A DNA stretch of 64,000 nucleotides, from contig OZ365112.1 of the NCBI GenBank assembly GCA_977030845.1, forward strand, positions 5,084,001 through 5,148,000, given 5' to 3'. A model generated the notes under the pieces. That model saw nothing but the letters and a program-made list of their open reading frames with translations. It did no database searches and was not told the DNA's origin. Source of the stretch: Fimbriosthenelais zetlandica (lineage: Eukaryota). Both the position numbers and the translations under genes were made by a program. Below, piece after piece: positions 14,282 through 27,000 of the stretch (positions within the stretch are counted from its first letter, which is position 1; each line of letters begins with the position of its first letter).

Positions 14282-17200
14282 TATGTAGGCCAATCCTTGT
14301 ACATACTCATTGAGATGATTTGTAGACTAGATGTTTTAACAACATAATATTACAGATACATACTGCCGGCTGACCGCCATAAATAAAACTGATCAATTCC
14401 TGCATCCTATACCACAATCACATTAACTGTATTACGGCCAGAGCACGCCATGCCATGGTCCTACAGTCTACTAGTGACATAGAGATGATATTATGAACCA
14501 ACCGATGCCCACACTTACTTCTTTTCAAACCTAATGCTTGTCATTCACTTCCTTTGAAATCTAATGTTACAGTTTGTCAATTCTCTTGAAAGCTAATATT
14601 TGTCAATTCTTGTGAAACCTAATGTCTTCCACTTCTTTGGAAATCTAATTGTAAGGTAAGTATGAAGATTATATTATCTACTGATAAAATTTAATTATGT
14701 TTTATTAGGAGGGGAAATCTGATGGTTATCAGATTGGTGTATCAGTTCCTTACACTGCTACTTTCTGGTTCAATAGATCATTAAGAAATCCAAGTCTCTG
14801 TGGGAGTTCTTACAGACTTCAGCTGAAATCCAGCCTGTCATTATTGATATAAAGAACGCGTTACCAAGGAGACACGGAACAATGGCTAATCACCGCTTTG
14901 TTCATTTGAGGACAATAAACATTATATCAACTTTATGATTGTTATTTCAGTGTATGATAACAAATCTAAGGAATTCCTTCAATAACTTTGCGGCCAGACA
15001 ATGCGGTCGTATAGTGGAGCCTTCATAAAGGGGGTGTGTATATTTAACTGACCACAGGATAACAATGTAAACCAAGGTTTAACCCATTCCCCTCTCATGA
15101 CAATGTACATCCTTACATACCATGCTATTTATAGCATCTTTTGACAGTTGATATAGACCGTTATAGTGCATATCTGCACCACAGAATTTCCTAATACATT
15201 TATAATGTTCCTTCCATTGAGGATTCGCCGGAAAATGGGACTGGTGGTTTCTATTATATCTATATAAATATAATGATGTGAAATTAATCATGAAATGACT
15301 GATCTGAAACCAACGTCATGGGAATATGGGAAATTAGAGAGACATTTATGGTCAGCCTAAAATATACTCATTGCAATACTTTATACACTACGGGATCCAC
15401 TATTTTGAAAATAGATTGAAATCGGCTCATGACTCCAGGGCATATAAATATACGTATTAAATGGATTATAGTTGATGCCAGGCTATTCCAAGCGACCAAA
15501 AATATGTGGGGCACACATAAAGAGAGAGTGGGACAGAGGCATGATCGGGGACAAACATCTTAAGTTTTGAGTTAGATTAAAATATATTCGAGTGGCATAG
15601 GGTTCAAATGAAAGTGGCTTAATGAGTTTGAGAGGAGCGGGAGGGGACGGGGGATGTAAGGGGCATTAGTAGTTAAACCCCCACCCCCCACCCTCAGCAG
15701 TGACTTGTTGAATGTAAGTGGGCAGGGGGTTGGGGGGAGGGGTGTGTGTGGGTGACATGGTATGACATGAATACCACAGTTAGTGGGATCTATGGATGGC
15801 CTACATTCCTACATACTACACACAGATACAGTCTATATTATAGCACGGGCGGGTAATAAAAACTCACACCCAAACCTCATCCTAACATAGTGCGTAAAAC
15901 AAGGGCAAAACAATGCTGGATAACCAGAGGCGACTATTGTAGTTAGATAACCAAGGATGCTACACTATTAGATGCACCCAAGGAATGTCTGAGACCATCT
16001 TAAACTTTTTAAGTTAAAGGAGCATTAATTTAATTGGCCTATACATGGGGTTATGATCAATGTAAATAATTATTTCTGGCACATTTGAGATTTTCTAGTT
16101 AAATGGAAATCTGATTGGGATTAGGAAAGTTATAGAAAACCCCCAAATGTCTGAAATCAGGCATGTAAAGTTACTTCTCAGAATATAAATGATAGAGGGA
16201 AGTCCCAACTCGTTTGGTAAGAGATGGGACATAATATTACCTCATATAATTATATGATATCACTGGTTATATCTAGACGTTATATCCACAATTTTAAATC
16301 ATCTTATACTAATCTCAGTGATATCATGTTTAAAAGGAAAACTTTAGTAAATCCCGACAACTTCCTCTGACTTGATATCCTATATTATCATTATCACTAA
16401 AAGTTTCCTGTTACCAAATTCTCCAACAACAAAAACCCTGAATGATATAGTCCAACCACGAATTAGGTAATCAATAGGAATTCCTAGCATTTATGAATAA
16501 TCAGTGTGAAAACTAGAGGATTTCCAGGAAATTTGCAACCTTGGGGTTAGGTGGTGGGAGGGGGGAAATGGGAATACGGAATACACCTCCTGACTATGAC
16601 TATCAAGTTATGAGGTTGTGTATTGGCAATTGCCACCATTCATTCTCCGATAAATCCCCACAAAATGCCATAGAAATGCATTTGTGTATTACAGATAGGG
16701 GTGCCATACTGTTGTTTCAAATGCAGGTGAATCTACAGGTATTGTCTATGACATAGACTATGTGGATCTACTATGACTATGTTTTGGGCCAGCTCTTATC
16801 ATATGACTATTACATGTAGATATCTTCATCTATGTTTGGATCTTATCTCGGTGTGTATAACATATCTAGGGTAGATGACGTGTGGCCAAGTTAATTAATT
16901 ACTACCTGACATGCATACCTCATGTTCACTGACCTATATAATCCATTCACCCACCTTTAGGTCACCTAGATACATATATACCATACCATTAACCCAGGCT
17001 TAGCTGTGGTAAAAATATCATGCTAAAATATATACTGGTCCTAGCAGGAAAAACAACCTTTTGTTTAGTCGAGTTTTACCATCTATTGGAAGTTATTCAA
17101 GCAAAACTATTAGTGATTTTCTAAGTAGGCCTGCTGTTCTCAGTAGTTAGTAGGATATTTTACCTTTATATATTCAATCATAGTAGGCAATATTGGCTAA

Positions 17201-18021
17201 ATATCTAAACTTGTACCCATTTACTAAGTATATGAAAACTAAAAAGGCTTTTTTATATACTGTACCTCAGAAACAATAGAAGATATTGGTTCATGGCAAA
17301 ATTCAAATTGGTAGAGACAACAGGTAGAGCATATTTTGGTATCATTTCTGCCCCCCCCCCCCCCCCCCCCCCCCCAACCAACACCCAACCCCCTGTGTCA
17401 CCTACACATTGCTGTGAACATTATTTCATGTTGTGATAGAGATATTAATAGGCATTTGTGAAGGCATTTCGTGACATGGAAAACACTAGTTGCTTCATGA
17501 TTTAGAGCAACAGATGTGTGGGTGGGGGGTGAGGGGTTTGTCAGATTGTCAGGTGGGCTCTATAGACTATAGTGACAATGCCATGTCAATGGAATGTAGC
17601 CCTGCTGTCACTGCCTGCCCTATCAAGTAGTGGTCATTTATACATCAAATACCGGGTTATTTTAGTATCTACAGAAGCTCTCACACCTATAGAATGTACT
17701 GCAGTCATTGTGGAGTTGTACGTGTTCGATAAAGCCTGCAGGGTAATGATTTTGGTAGGGGCTTGGACCCCTGGGGCTGAAGAGGGGGAGGAAATGCTTC
17801 CCTATGCTTATTACATACCGGCAAATATATAAGATAGGGGCAAGAATACAACCTCCAAATCATGTCCCTAACACAAGTAGCCTATATGAGGAGGAGTTGT
17901 GGGGTGTATAGACTAAGCTGAGATGAAAGTAGGAGTGCAGTTGGCCCAGGAACAAACGGGAAATGTAAAAATAGAGAGCGGAATCTACCAACCCCGACAA
18001 GCTAATAATGAACCGCCTTAC

Positions 18022-18090
18022 CTTATCCAGACACCGGAATTCCTCGACAGGGTAAACTATCTTCTCACACTTTGCACAGCGCTTCGACAT
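18022..18090 (-). CDS. LASP1: LIM and SH3 domain protein (LASP/Lasp family), coding exon 1 only; the rest of the gene probably lies left of the window
   Basis: ATG at 18090 gives MSKRCAKCEKIVYPVEEFRCLDK (69 nt, 23 aa), followed by a phase-0 donor GTAAGG at 18021. It matches the LASP LIM N-terminus (CxxC..VYP.E...CLDK) and the intron position I recall for human LASP1. No WHK.CF.C exon 2 was found by eye in 1-18000. Confidence 0.85.
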
Positions 18091-18399
18091 GGTCGACAGT
18101 TGCTCTGAATGCTCGTATCCAAACTTAAGTATCCTATGTACGTGTGTGTGGCGTTTCGTGGGTAAGTGAAGCCTCTATGAGTGTGAATTTAGTGGATAAA
18201 CATGGAAATATGTGTTAACTTCTGACACACCAGGGCCACCAACCTCCACACTCCCACCTACTGGCCTAATCCCGCACTAGCTTTTGCACACGTCACACAT
18301 CCCTTTCCCCTAAAATAATACTTTTGCGACTAAATCCGATTAAATCCGATACAGAACGTTCTTACTATATATTTAGATTATACAGGAGTATAAAATTAA

Positions 18400-18635
18400 G
18401 GTTGTTATTGGTTGGAAATTGGTATTTTCTGGATGTTATTTCGGAAGTAGGTCATGGGTATTTTAGCCCCGCGGATCGGGCTTGAAAGTCTGACCTACAT
18501 TTAGCGCCATCTGATTGGATGGCCTAAATCTGACCAAAGTAGGTCAGCGGCGTGGCGGGAGGAAAGGAACCCAACCATTGGCGGATCGAGGCTCCCTCGG
18601 GACTTGACGCATTTTCTTTTTCAGTGACGCAATTT
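18400..18635 (-). promoter_or_regulatory. Probable LASP proximal promoter
   Basis: Four CCAAT boxes oriented toward LASP (plus-strand ATTGG at 18407, 18418, 18514, 18577), two TGACGCA CRE/ATF-like sites (18605, 18625) and local CpG enrichment, 300-550 bp upstream of the ATG. Confidence 0.45.
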
Positions 18636-19271
18636 CGTCAGAAAGCGGTTAATAAATATTTAGATAGTGAATAAATTGAAGGATTCTTTTCTAAAACTGA
18701 TAATATGTCAGGCTAAATAGTTGCGTATAAAAGGCCTAAAAGTGTAGACAAGTTTTAGAGCTAAAAACTGATAAAGGTAATTAACATTTTAAGTGTATTT
18801 TGAATGAAAAAAGAGTAAATGAAATTGGAACATGATTTTATTATACCCTACCATGAATACGATAATACAAGATATCAAGATATGTGCTTCTTGTTGACGC
18901 TGATAAACGTTTTTTAAAGAATGTAAAATTACTTTTGATGACGCGCATATTTTAAGGCAGACATAAACCCAGAGATAATTCCCATGTAATCTTAAATCTG
19001 TTTAATAAAATACAATTGGTTTTTTTAAAGTTAATAGCCTCTAAATCTAAACTATGGAGAAAATACATGATGTATTTCCAAGAAAAACTTCGCAATCTGT
19101 AACAGTCATGGATAGCACATTAAGATCAAGCTTTTCAGAGATAAAGATCTTAATTTAACCAAAAAAAATCCTAAAGCAACAAGATGTACATAATACAATA
19201 TTTCCTATATTTATCACAATGTTACAGAAAACATCTAAACCTATTTATTCCCCATCAGAATACCGTGTCTA

Positions 19272-19384
19272 CAGTGGAGTCTCACTTAGCGACCATTCAT
19301 TGAACCATTTTTTTCCAAACACTAAATCGACCATCCTGCTATACGAACAGTCCCAGATAAGGTCTGATTAGTGAGACTCCACTG
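19272..19384. mobile_element. Tc1/mariner-superfamily MITE
   Basis: Perfect 15-bp TIR CAGTGGAGTCTCACT flanked by TA on both sides. Confidence 0.8.
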
Positions 19385-22300
19385 TATATTGAAGGCTTTA
19401 TTATTTATGAGAGATATGCTCGGTCATATTAGATATAGAAAGCATCAGTTTAGTTTTTGTGGTGACTAGAGTTGGGATACAATCTGTGGAAGCCATTTTT
19501 TGGTCCAAACTGATCCAAGATCCACACATTAGCTGCACATCCTCATCCACTGAATATATTATCATTACAGGAATATTGAATTTACCCGCCAAATTATAAC
19601 CCCGTGAATATAATCCAAAATATCAGAGCAGACTCAGAGAAATTTTAAAATGTTCACGAGTTACATGGAACAGCACATGACAACAGAGGGCAGAGTTCAT
19701 AGACTGAGGCGAGACCAAAATTCCAGACCAAAATGTCAATTTTCCAGGACATGTATTTGTTACAATTTTTAGGCCCATGAAAGCCTGACAATGAACTGAG
19801 ATTTTTTTGGAAAATCCAAAGACCTTTCCAGGAGTCTGACAGGGTTTCAATGATTTCCAGTAAAGAAAATCTGTTTTCTGATTTCCCAAAATTTCAGATC
19901 AGTCTAGGAACTCTGGAGGTAAGCGATTATTATAGCATTGAGGATTCACGGATCCTATCAACAACATCCACATCATATACACCTTCTATAAATGATTAAT
20001 CTTCCCCTCCCTTATATCAATTATAATTAACATTATTAATGAATAAAGTTTAATATGATAGTCTGTCACTTGACATGTTACAACATGGAAGAACTTGACT
20101 GAAGAATAAACATGATTTACCCAGCAGACCCACTATGACACGTCTTCCACTGACGTTTACAGTTATAGATGGAAATGACAATAGTCGACAGTAAAACATT
20201 TCATTTTGAACTACAAGTTTTCTTCTGCCAGCTCCTAGAGTAGCAATAAAGTCCATTCACACAATGCTGTGAGTATATGCCTCACATGTCTTATTAAGCC
20301 CCGGACCCATTAAGCTCTTAAATTAGAAATAAATCGAGGCATACCAAAGCAGATATTCCCAGGTCCGCCACCCCTGAACCAGTGTTAATTATCTATATTG
20401 TTAATGACTTTCCCTTCACTGTTTATTAATTAAAGCACGCCAGTTTTGCTAATTATCAGGATGACCAAATTCAATGTACCAAAGGTATATCAATAACCTC
20501 TCTTTCTGCATCACAACCATTGTCTTTCACTTAAAGTGGGAGTTGAATCCCTCAGGATTGTCTAAGACGCAATATGATCGGCCTTTGCTTCAAGATGAAG
20601 CTATGGATTTCTATCTATGTGTTTTGCCCTTTCTATTGACTAATCAAACCTACTTGCTGTTCTAGTACAGACTAAGATAACCGTTACAACGTCCTGAAGG
20701 GTTTGACCACCACTTTAATCTTAAACTATCACGTCAGGTACTTCTAACTGACGACCAGATTCTCTGTACATACTTCTGTCGACCGACCAATGTCTTTTTA
20801 AGGTATATATTTCTAAGATAAAATTTTGTCATGGAATAGAACGAGTATATCTTACATCTTTACATCACTATCAAGGTCCATACCGCACTGTGATATATTC
20901 TATGTGTATGTCACGTATTTCTATGTGTATGTCACGTATCGCAGTGATACACGTCATCTGTATTTCACGTATGTACATCTGTACATGACTAAGTAGTTAA
21001 TATATCATACATTTACTTCCAAAGGTTTCCCTCTTATAGTATCCGTCGAGATCATACCGTATTATATTTATTTTCGAATTTCCTATAATAATGAAGTGTA
21101 CACGTGGTACATGTAGATGTGTAAGGTACCAATATCAGTGATTATAAATGTGTATATCTCATCTTAAAGTGAATATATATGAGAAATGTTGGAGGAAGCA
21201 GAAGAGGAGAAATAGTACCGTGTGTGACTTCAATGTGAAAGATAAGATGTCAACTCAGAGCTACAGGTATGTGTCTATGACTGAATGGATGTTCACATTT
21301 CATACAGATATACTATATCATCTAATAATAGTAGCCTATGATCATCTATCATCTATGGTATTTTCTTGTCCTTGGTCTGAATAACATCTCAAGGTAATCT
21401 TGGAGTAATAATTTTTGATTTTCAGTGTATCTTCAAACCTAAAACATTTTCCAGGGTGAATTTCTGAGGAATTACACGAAGCATAAATACGCAAAGACAT
21501 TATTTCCAGCATATATAAGGACAATTTTCTTTCCCAGACAGATAAACCTGTTATGTAGGATACTTCCTTTGATTTCCATATATAGTACATAATAGACCAT
21601 ATCTGTACAAGACAATGAATCCTGAATGTAAAGCCTAAAGGCTGAATTTGGGTACTTTAATTTGCAGGAAGATTTGCATATTTAAATTTTGAGTGTTTAG
21701 TTTTTAAGAGTGTTAAATAGAGTGTTAGATAGAGTGTGAGTGGCGGTGATAGAGAGCGGGACCGTGTGTGAGTAGCTGTTATAACATCCCTATATTTACA
21801 TCATGGTTATATGTAAGTCCAATAACTAGAGTATGTACAGATCGGGACATGGAATGAGTGAGTTAGAATAGAACTGATCATTCAGCAGCTTTCTCCCTGC
21901 TAGCCTACCCATGCTAACAATACAAGCATTCACCTAATAATGATAAATACAAGGTAAATATAGACTAAAATGACACAGACATGGCAAACAAAACATCCAC
22001 TAACCTGCCATCTACTTCTCCTAAAGTAGCCTATCATCTTCATTCTAATAAATGAACAATACCAATGTTCCATCAAGTCTAATATGTCTACAATAAATTA
22101 TTTGGGATTTTTGTAAATATTTATTCACAGATGAACATCTGAGTCTATTCTAGTAGCGCCAAGGTCATAGCTCCAAGGTCAAAGTTAAATTTTTGGTGGA
22201 TTTTTTTCGATCCCAAATTCAGTAATTTACTGAAGGGAAGTGATTCAAATTTAGTCAGTTACACTTGTACTGTTCAAACCTTTACTGCCCTAAACACTTC

Positions 22301-23596
22301 CACTGCCGTTCCACAATGACCTAAAGTGCAACAGGCATATTTCGTGACTTAACTTTGGAAATAATTTCCAGTGGCTTTGTCAACCTTTTCATGAATTCCC
22401 TAACTTCCTAGTCTTAAACATTTAGACAAAAGCAGAGAAGGATTTCTTTTCATTTGTCATGAAATAACAAAGGAATGTAGACAAATGACTGAATACTTGC
22501 TTACACAATAGTATGTGAACTAAAAACTAGTAAGTAAATGGCATACCATTGTTGCTCAAATGCAGAAAAAAAAACAAATGTAGAAAGAAAAGTTTGTGAA
22601 ATAAGGACATAATATGGTATGTGTAATATATATAAATCCATTTGGCACAAGTTCCAAATTTTTAAATGTTTAAAAATCTGTTTCCCCTAACCCAACGCAC
22701 ACCACGCCACCGTTTGGTATTTATGAATGATAAGATTTTGAAATAAGATTTTTATGAACCAGTGATACGCTGTGTATGATATAGGACTATTTTTGTAGTT
22801 CAGGTAATTTTTGGTTCAGCACTCAACATGTACTCATTCTAGTTTTTCGTGCTAATTTTTAAACTACTCGAGGGATCACATCAATTAAAGTCAGGGATGC
22901 GAGTGAGGAAGTACCAAAAATCCAACCAAAAACTTCTGCTATTTTTATGATCATTTCACTATGATTCCTTTAACTATGATCATGTTCGAGGAGCGAAATC
23001 TAAAATAAAAATACTTGCAGACATTGTTCCTAGGAAATAATATTACCTTCCTCTGTCCTCATTCGACAGAGAATAGTATCAGAAATTTTTTTAAATAATT
23101 CTGGAAATTTAAAATTTAGAAAGCCAGGAATTATTTCTGGGAAATAATATTACCTTCATCTGTCTTCATTCTACAGAGAATAACACCAGAAACAATTTAT
23201 GTTAAAGCTTTTCTTTGAAATTTAAAGTTTACAAAGCCCGATTTTGGCACTTGCCTCCTCCTGGCATCCCTGTAAGGATATGAGTGTAGCGTTTGATCAG
23301 AGATCAGCGGGACATAATGATTAGGCATGAAACATGATGAACATTCACAGCATTCAATATTTACAACATTGTTTAAGGATCACACATCGACAAATACTGA
23401 CCATCAACAAAACCACACAAAGGGAAACACTGCCAGGCTGAGTGGGACTGAAAACACAGAGGGGGGAAAATACACTCCCCTCCTCTAATAATATTAGTCC
23501 AAGAAAGAAACGACAAGAAATCTTAGAATGTGTGAAAAAAAATAAAGGAAATAGTGTAGAAAGATGAAGGGTGGTACAGAGGATCCCCCTGGTGTA

Positions 23597-23811
23597 CAGT
23601 GGAGACCCACTTAGCGACCATCTCAGTCTCATTAAAGCGACCATCCCAAGAAAGCGACCACCCCATAACATTTAAGCGACCACCTCATTATGCGATCACT
23701 AAATGGTCAGGACCAGATTGCGCTATTATTTCATACCCTCTAAAGCGACCGTATCGCTATAGAACCACAATCAGTCCAGCCCTGGTTGGTCGCATTAGTG
23801 AGAATCCACTG
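23597..23811. mobile_element. Tc1/mariner-superfamily MITE
   Basis: TA|CAGTGGAGACCCACTTA ... TAGTGAGAATCCACTG|TA with subterminal AGCGACCA repeats. Confidence 0.75.
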
Positions 23812-24050
23812 TATTTTCTAAGCAGCTGTGAGTTCTATCATTGACGTAAAATGAAGGTGATATAAGGGATGTGACGTCATGACGTTCTATCCCTCCTGTC
23901 TCTCTATCTGTCCAGGTTTCTATCTAACCTAGTCTGTATATATATGCCGTATTTGGTCCAGTAGTTGTAGTAGATGTCCTAACAGTGCTTCCATCTCAGT
24001 GTTGAGTCTATGGGCGGGTTGACCTTGATTCACCTCTAACTCGCCTCATA

Positions 24051-27000
24051 TTAAAGGAAGGCGCTGGGGTTAGCTCGGGGGTCCTTTTGATTCCTGTACC
24101 GTAGTGCTAGCCACACTCCAATTATCTGATGAGAGAAAATAAATAAAATACATTAAAATCACGTAAATACATGGTTTAGAAATTTCTCAAATCATAATCA
24201 AACCATGTAAAAATCAGATAAATACATATTTAGCACTGGTTCTCAAATCATAATCAAATCAAACCATGTAAAAACAATGAAGCTAGCCTAAATTTATATA
24301 TGTCATGGCTATTCACCAAATGAAATATTGATGACACTTTAAGTAGAATATTCTACATTAATTTATATTTGGAAATAGTTTTTCTGGTTATAATTATTGG
24401 CTTGCTTACATCACATATATGTACAGACTATTTACAGGTTGCCTTATCGAGGTTTATCAGCTGTAACAATGGTCAAACTTTTAACTTCTCTTATCAGATC
24501 ATGTAATTAGACAGGTTGACATGTAGAGTTAATAGTATTAGAGATGAGAGGAGAGGTGCATGGCAGAATAGAGCGATCACTCCCACTATACACCATCTAC
24601 CCACAACGTGCTACCCCTACATTTTTTTTTCATTTTTTTATTTAGGGTTTATTTAGGGTTTATTTCTACAAGTAATACAAATGCAAATCCGAATGTAATC
24701 CAAATGCCAGTAATCTACAATTACTAGGCTTTAAAAAGAAAGCCTTAAAGCCACACTATCACTCATCACTTTGACCTAGATACATGCCATTTGACCGAGA
24801 TTCTCGAAAGGGCATTGGTTGGAAAAATAGGAATCATGTCAGGTCATACATGAGTTTTTCTTTCATTGGATTCATTCCACAAGGTGTTACCAAAAACATG
24901 ATTTATGGAAGAGAGACGAACTCAAATTTGACCCTATTTGAAAGGGAAAGATCGGCCTTAAAGCCACTTTAAATTATAAAATTTCTTATACACGCCAATC
25001 AGTAAATTTTCCTATTTAATTTGTCCATTTAATTTATATTTTTGAGGTGGGGTTAGTCATATTCACTCACACGTCTACGCTGAATTTGTACTTGAGTTAT
25101 CTTATTAGTTTCACACACAATATTCTTCCACGAGTATCATGTGTTCCAGAGTTATGAAAATAAGATTATTAGATTATGTTTAAGGCACTCTAATGTCTGC
25201 TGTTCTAAAGCATCAACGCAAAAGTCACGGGTGAGAGTTTGCAAACTAAAGACTTCAAAAGTCTTTAAGAGCTGCAGTCTTTTAAAATGAAAAATGTTTG
25301 TAAGTGTGTCAAAGAAAATGAAGTCCAGTGTCACACCCCACACCAAGAATTACAGGAGAGAAAAAACACGACAAGATAGACGTGATGTAGATGTGTGGAT
25401 AGGCCGAGAGTCATGAGTAAAATAAAGTGGTCGATGTATGGCTTCCTGAGGTCCTTAATACTTAAATGGCTCCAGATGTTTTGTTTTTTACATCAAAGTA
25501 ATTCTATTGTCAAATCTATCAATTTATGCAATAATATAGGCTCCATTTATCATACCCCAGGCGCAAAATACAGGTAGAAAATATAATTAGTTGTAGAAAT
25601 ATATTTGCTTGTATACATCCTATATCATAGGTACATGTATAAATATTATAATTTTGCATCGCAAAAGCCTTAAATTTTATAGGTTAACACCCTTCAATTG
25701 CGCGATTATTTGCACCTCAGGCTTGGTACCCTAAACTTAAAACATGCCCAGAAGTTCAAGCCCTTATTTGAACCATAAAACTATGGGTCTATGTTTGAAC
25801 ACAGATCCTTTAATATACCGACATACAAATGCAATTCTTTCCTTATCAGGGGTTTCAGCTGATATCAGACTAGCCATATAAGATAATGGTATCTATATAA
25901 TCATGTCAATACAAGCAGACTATCTTAACATTAATCCACACTAGGCGGATTAAGGATTATAGAAGCTGTCTGGGTCCATGAAAGTCGACCAGAGAATGAG
26001 CAAACCCACAGATTAAGGCAGTCCTCCACTTTCTACATTTTGCTTGCGACACAGAAATATGAACGAAAAATTGAAATAAAAATCCCACCACTGCAGGATG
26101 GCCTTTAGAACTTTGACAATTTAGACCAAAAAATATAACTTTCATTGCTACAGAATATCATGTGTCACTAGTGAATCGCAGTGGAGATTAGCCTTAAAGC
26201 TATGCTCTACTGGTACAATTTTTATTGCGACATAAAGCATCATTTTGTCGCAAGCAAAATCGCAGCAGTGGAGTCCAGGCTTTAAGAGAGAGAAGAGAGA
26301 AACCGAGACCAAGCAGACACGGGTATGGATAAATCTACCCCATGTACCTATAAACCGATGACTTATAAAAATGCACTTGGATTAGCACGAGGATCTTTTT
26401 GGTTACGGTAACGTATCGTAATCCAAATGCCAGTAATCTGAAAGGTAAAGTACGTATAACCTCATGACCGTAACAAAAAAACTTATACCAGAAACACAGG
26501 GGCACAAGTACCACCGTAACTGGGGTTACCTAACCTGTACCGGTATATTACACAGATATTTTTTTTTCAATAAATTTGGTTAATTCAACTTTGATAGTAA
26601 AGATAGCAAGTAAATGACTGTATCCTTGCAGATAACTATCAATTCCAAAGAATATGAATGTATATATTTATATTTGTTATGTATGTGAGTAACACCCGTT
26701 ACGTTGATATTTCTGACTGAATCTCCTGGGGAGATCACGCCCAAGCAGGGTTTATAGAGTACTGAATAATAAAAGCTGTCTTCAGAATAAACCATGATAA
26801 AATCAATTTAATGACTTCGAAGTAAAATACCACTCCAATCAAATAAATGCATCAAAAATATAGTTCTTTATAAATCAAATAGAGTAAGACGAAATGTTTA
26901 TTTTTGTGGGGAGGTGCTTGTTTGAGGTTGTATTTTAGGCTTTAGTCCAATTTTCAAATCAGTATTTATGATCATTTGGGCACAGAGGAACAAAAAAAAT

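Noticed and set aside
1-24050. Conserved miRNA or snoRNA genes, or an autonomous transposase/RT ORF
   Set aside because: No remembered mature miRNA sequence, convincing C/D box pair or long ORF was seen by eye. An Rfam or miRBase search would be needed to exclude them.
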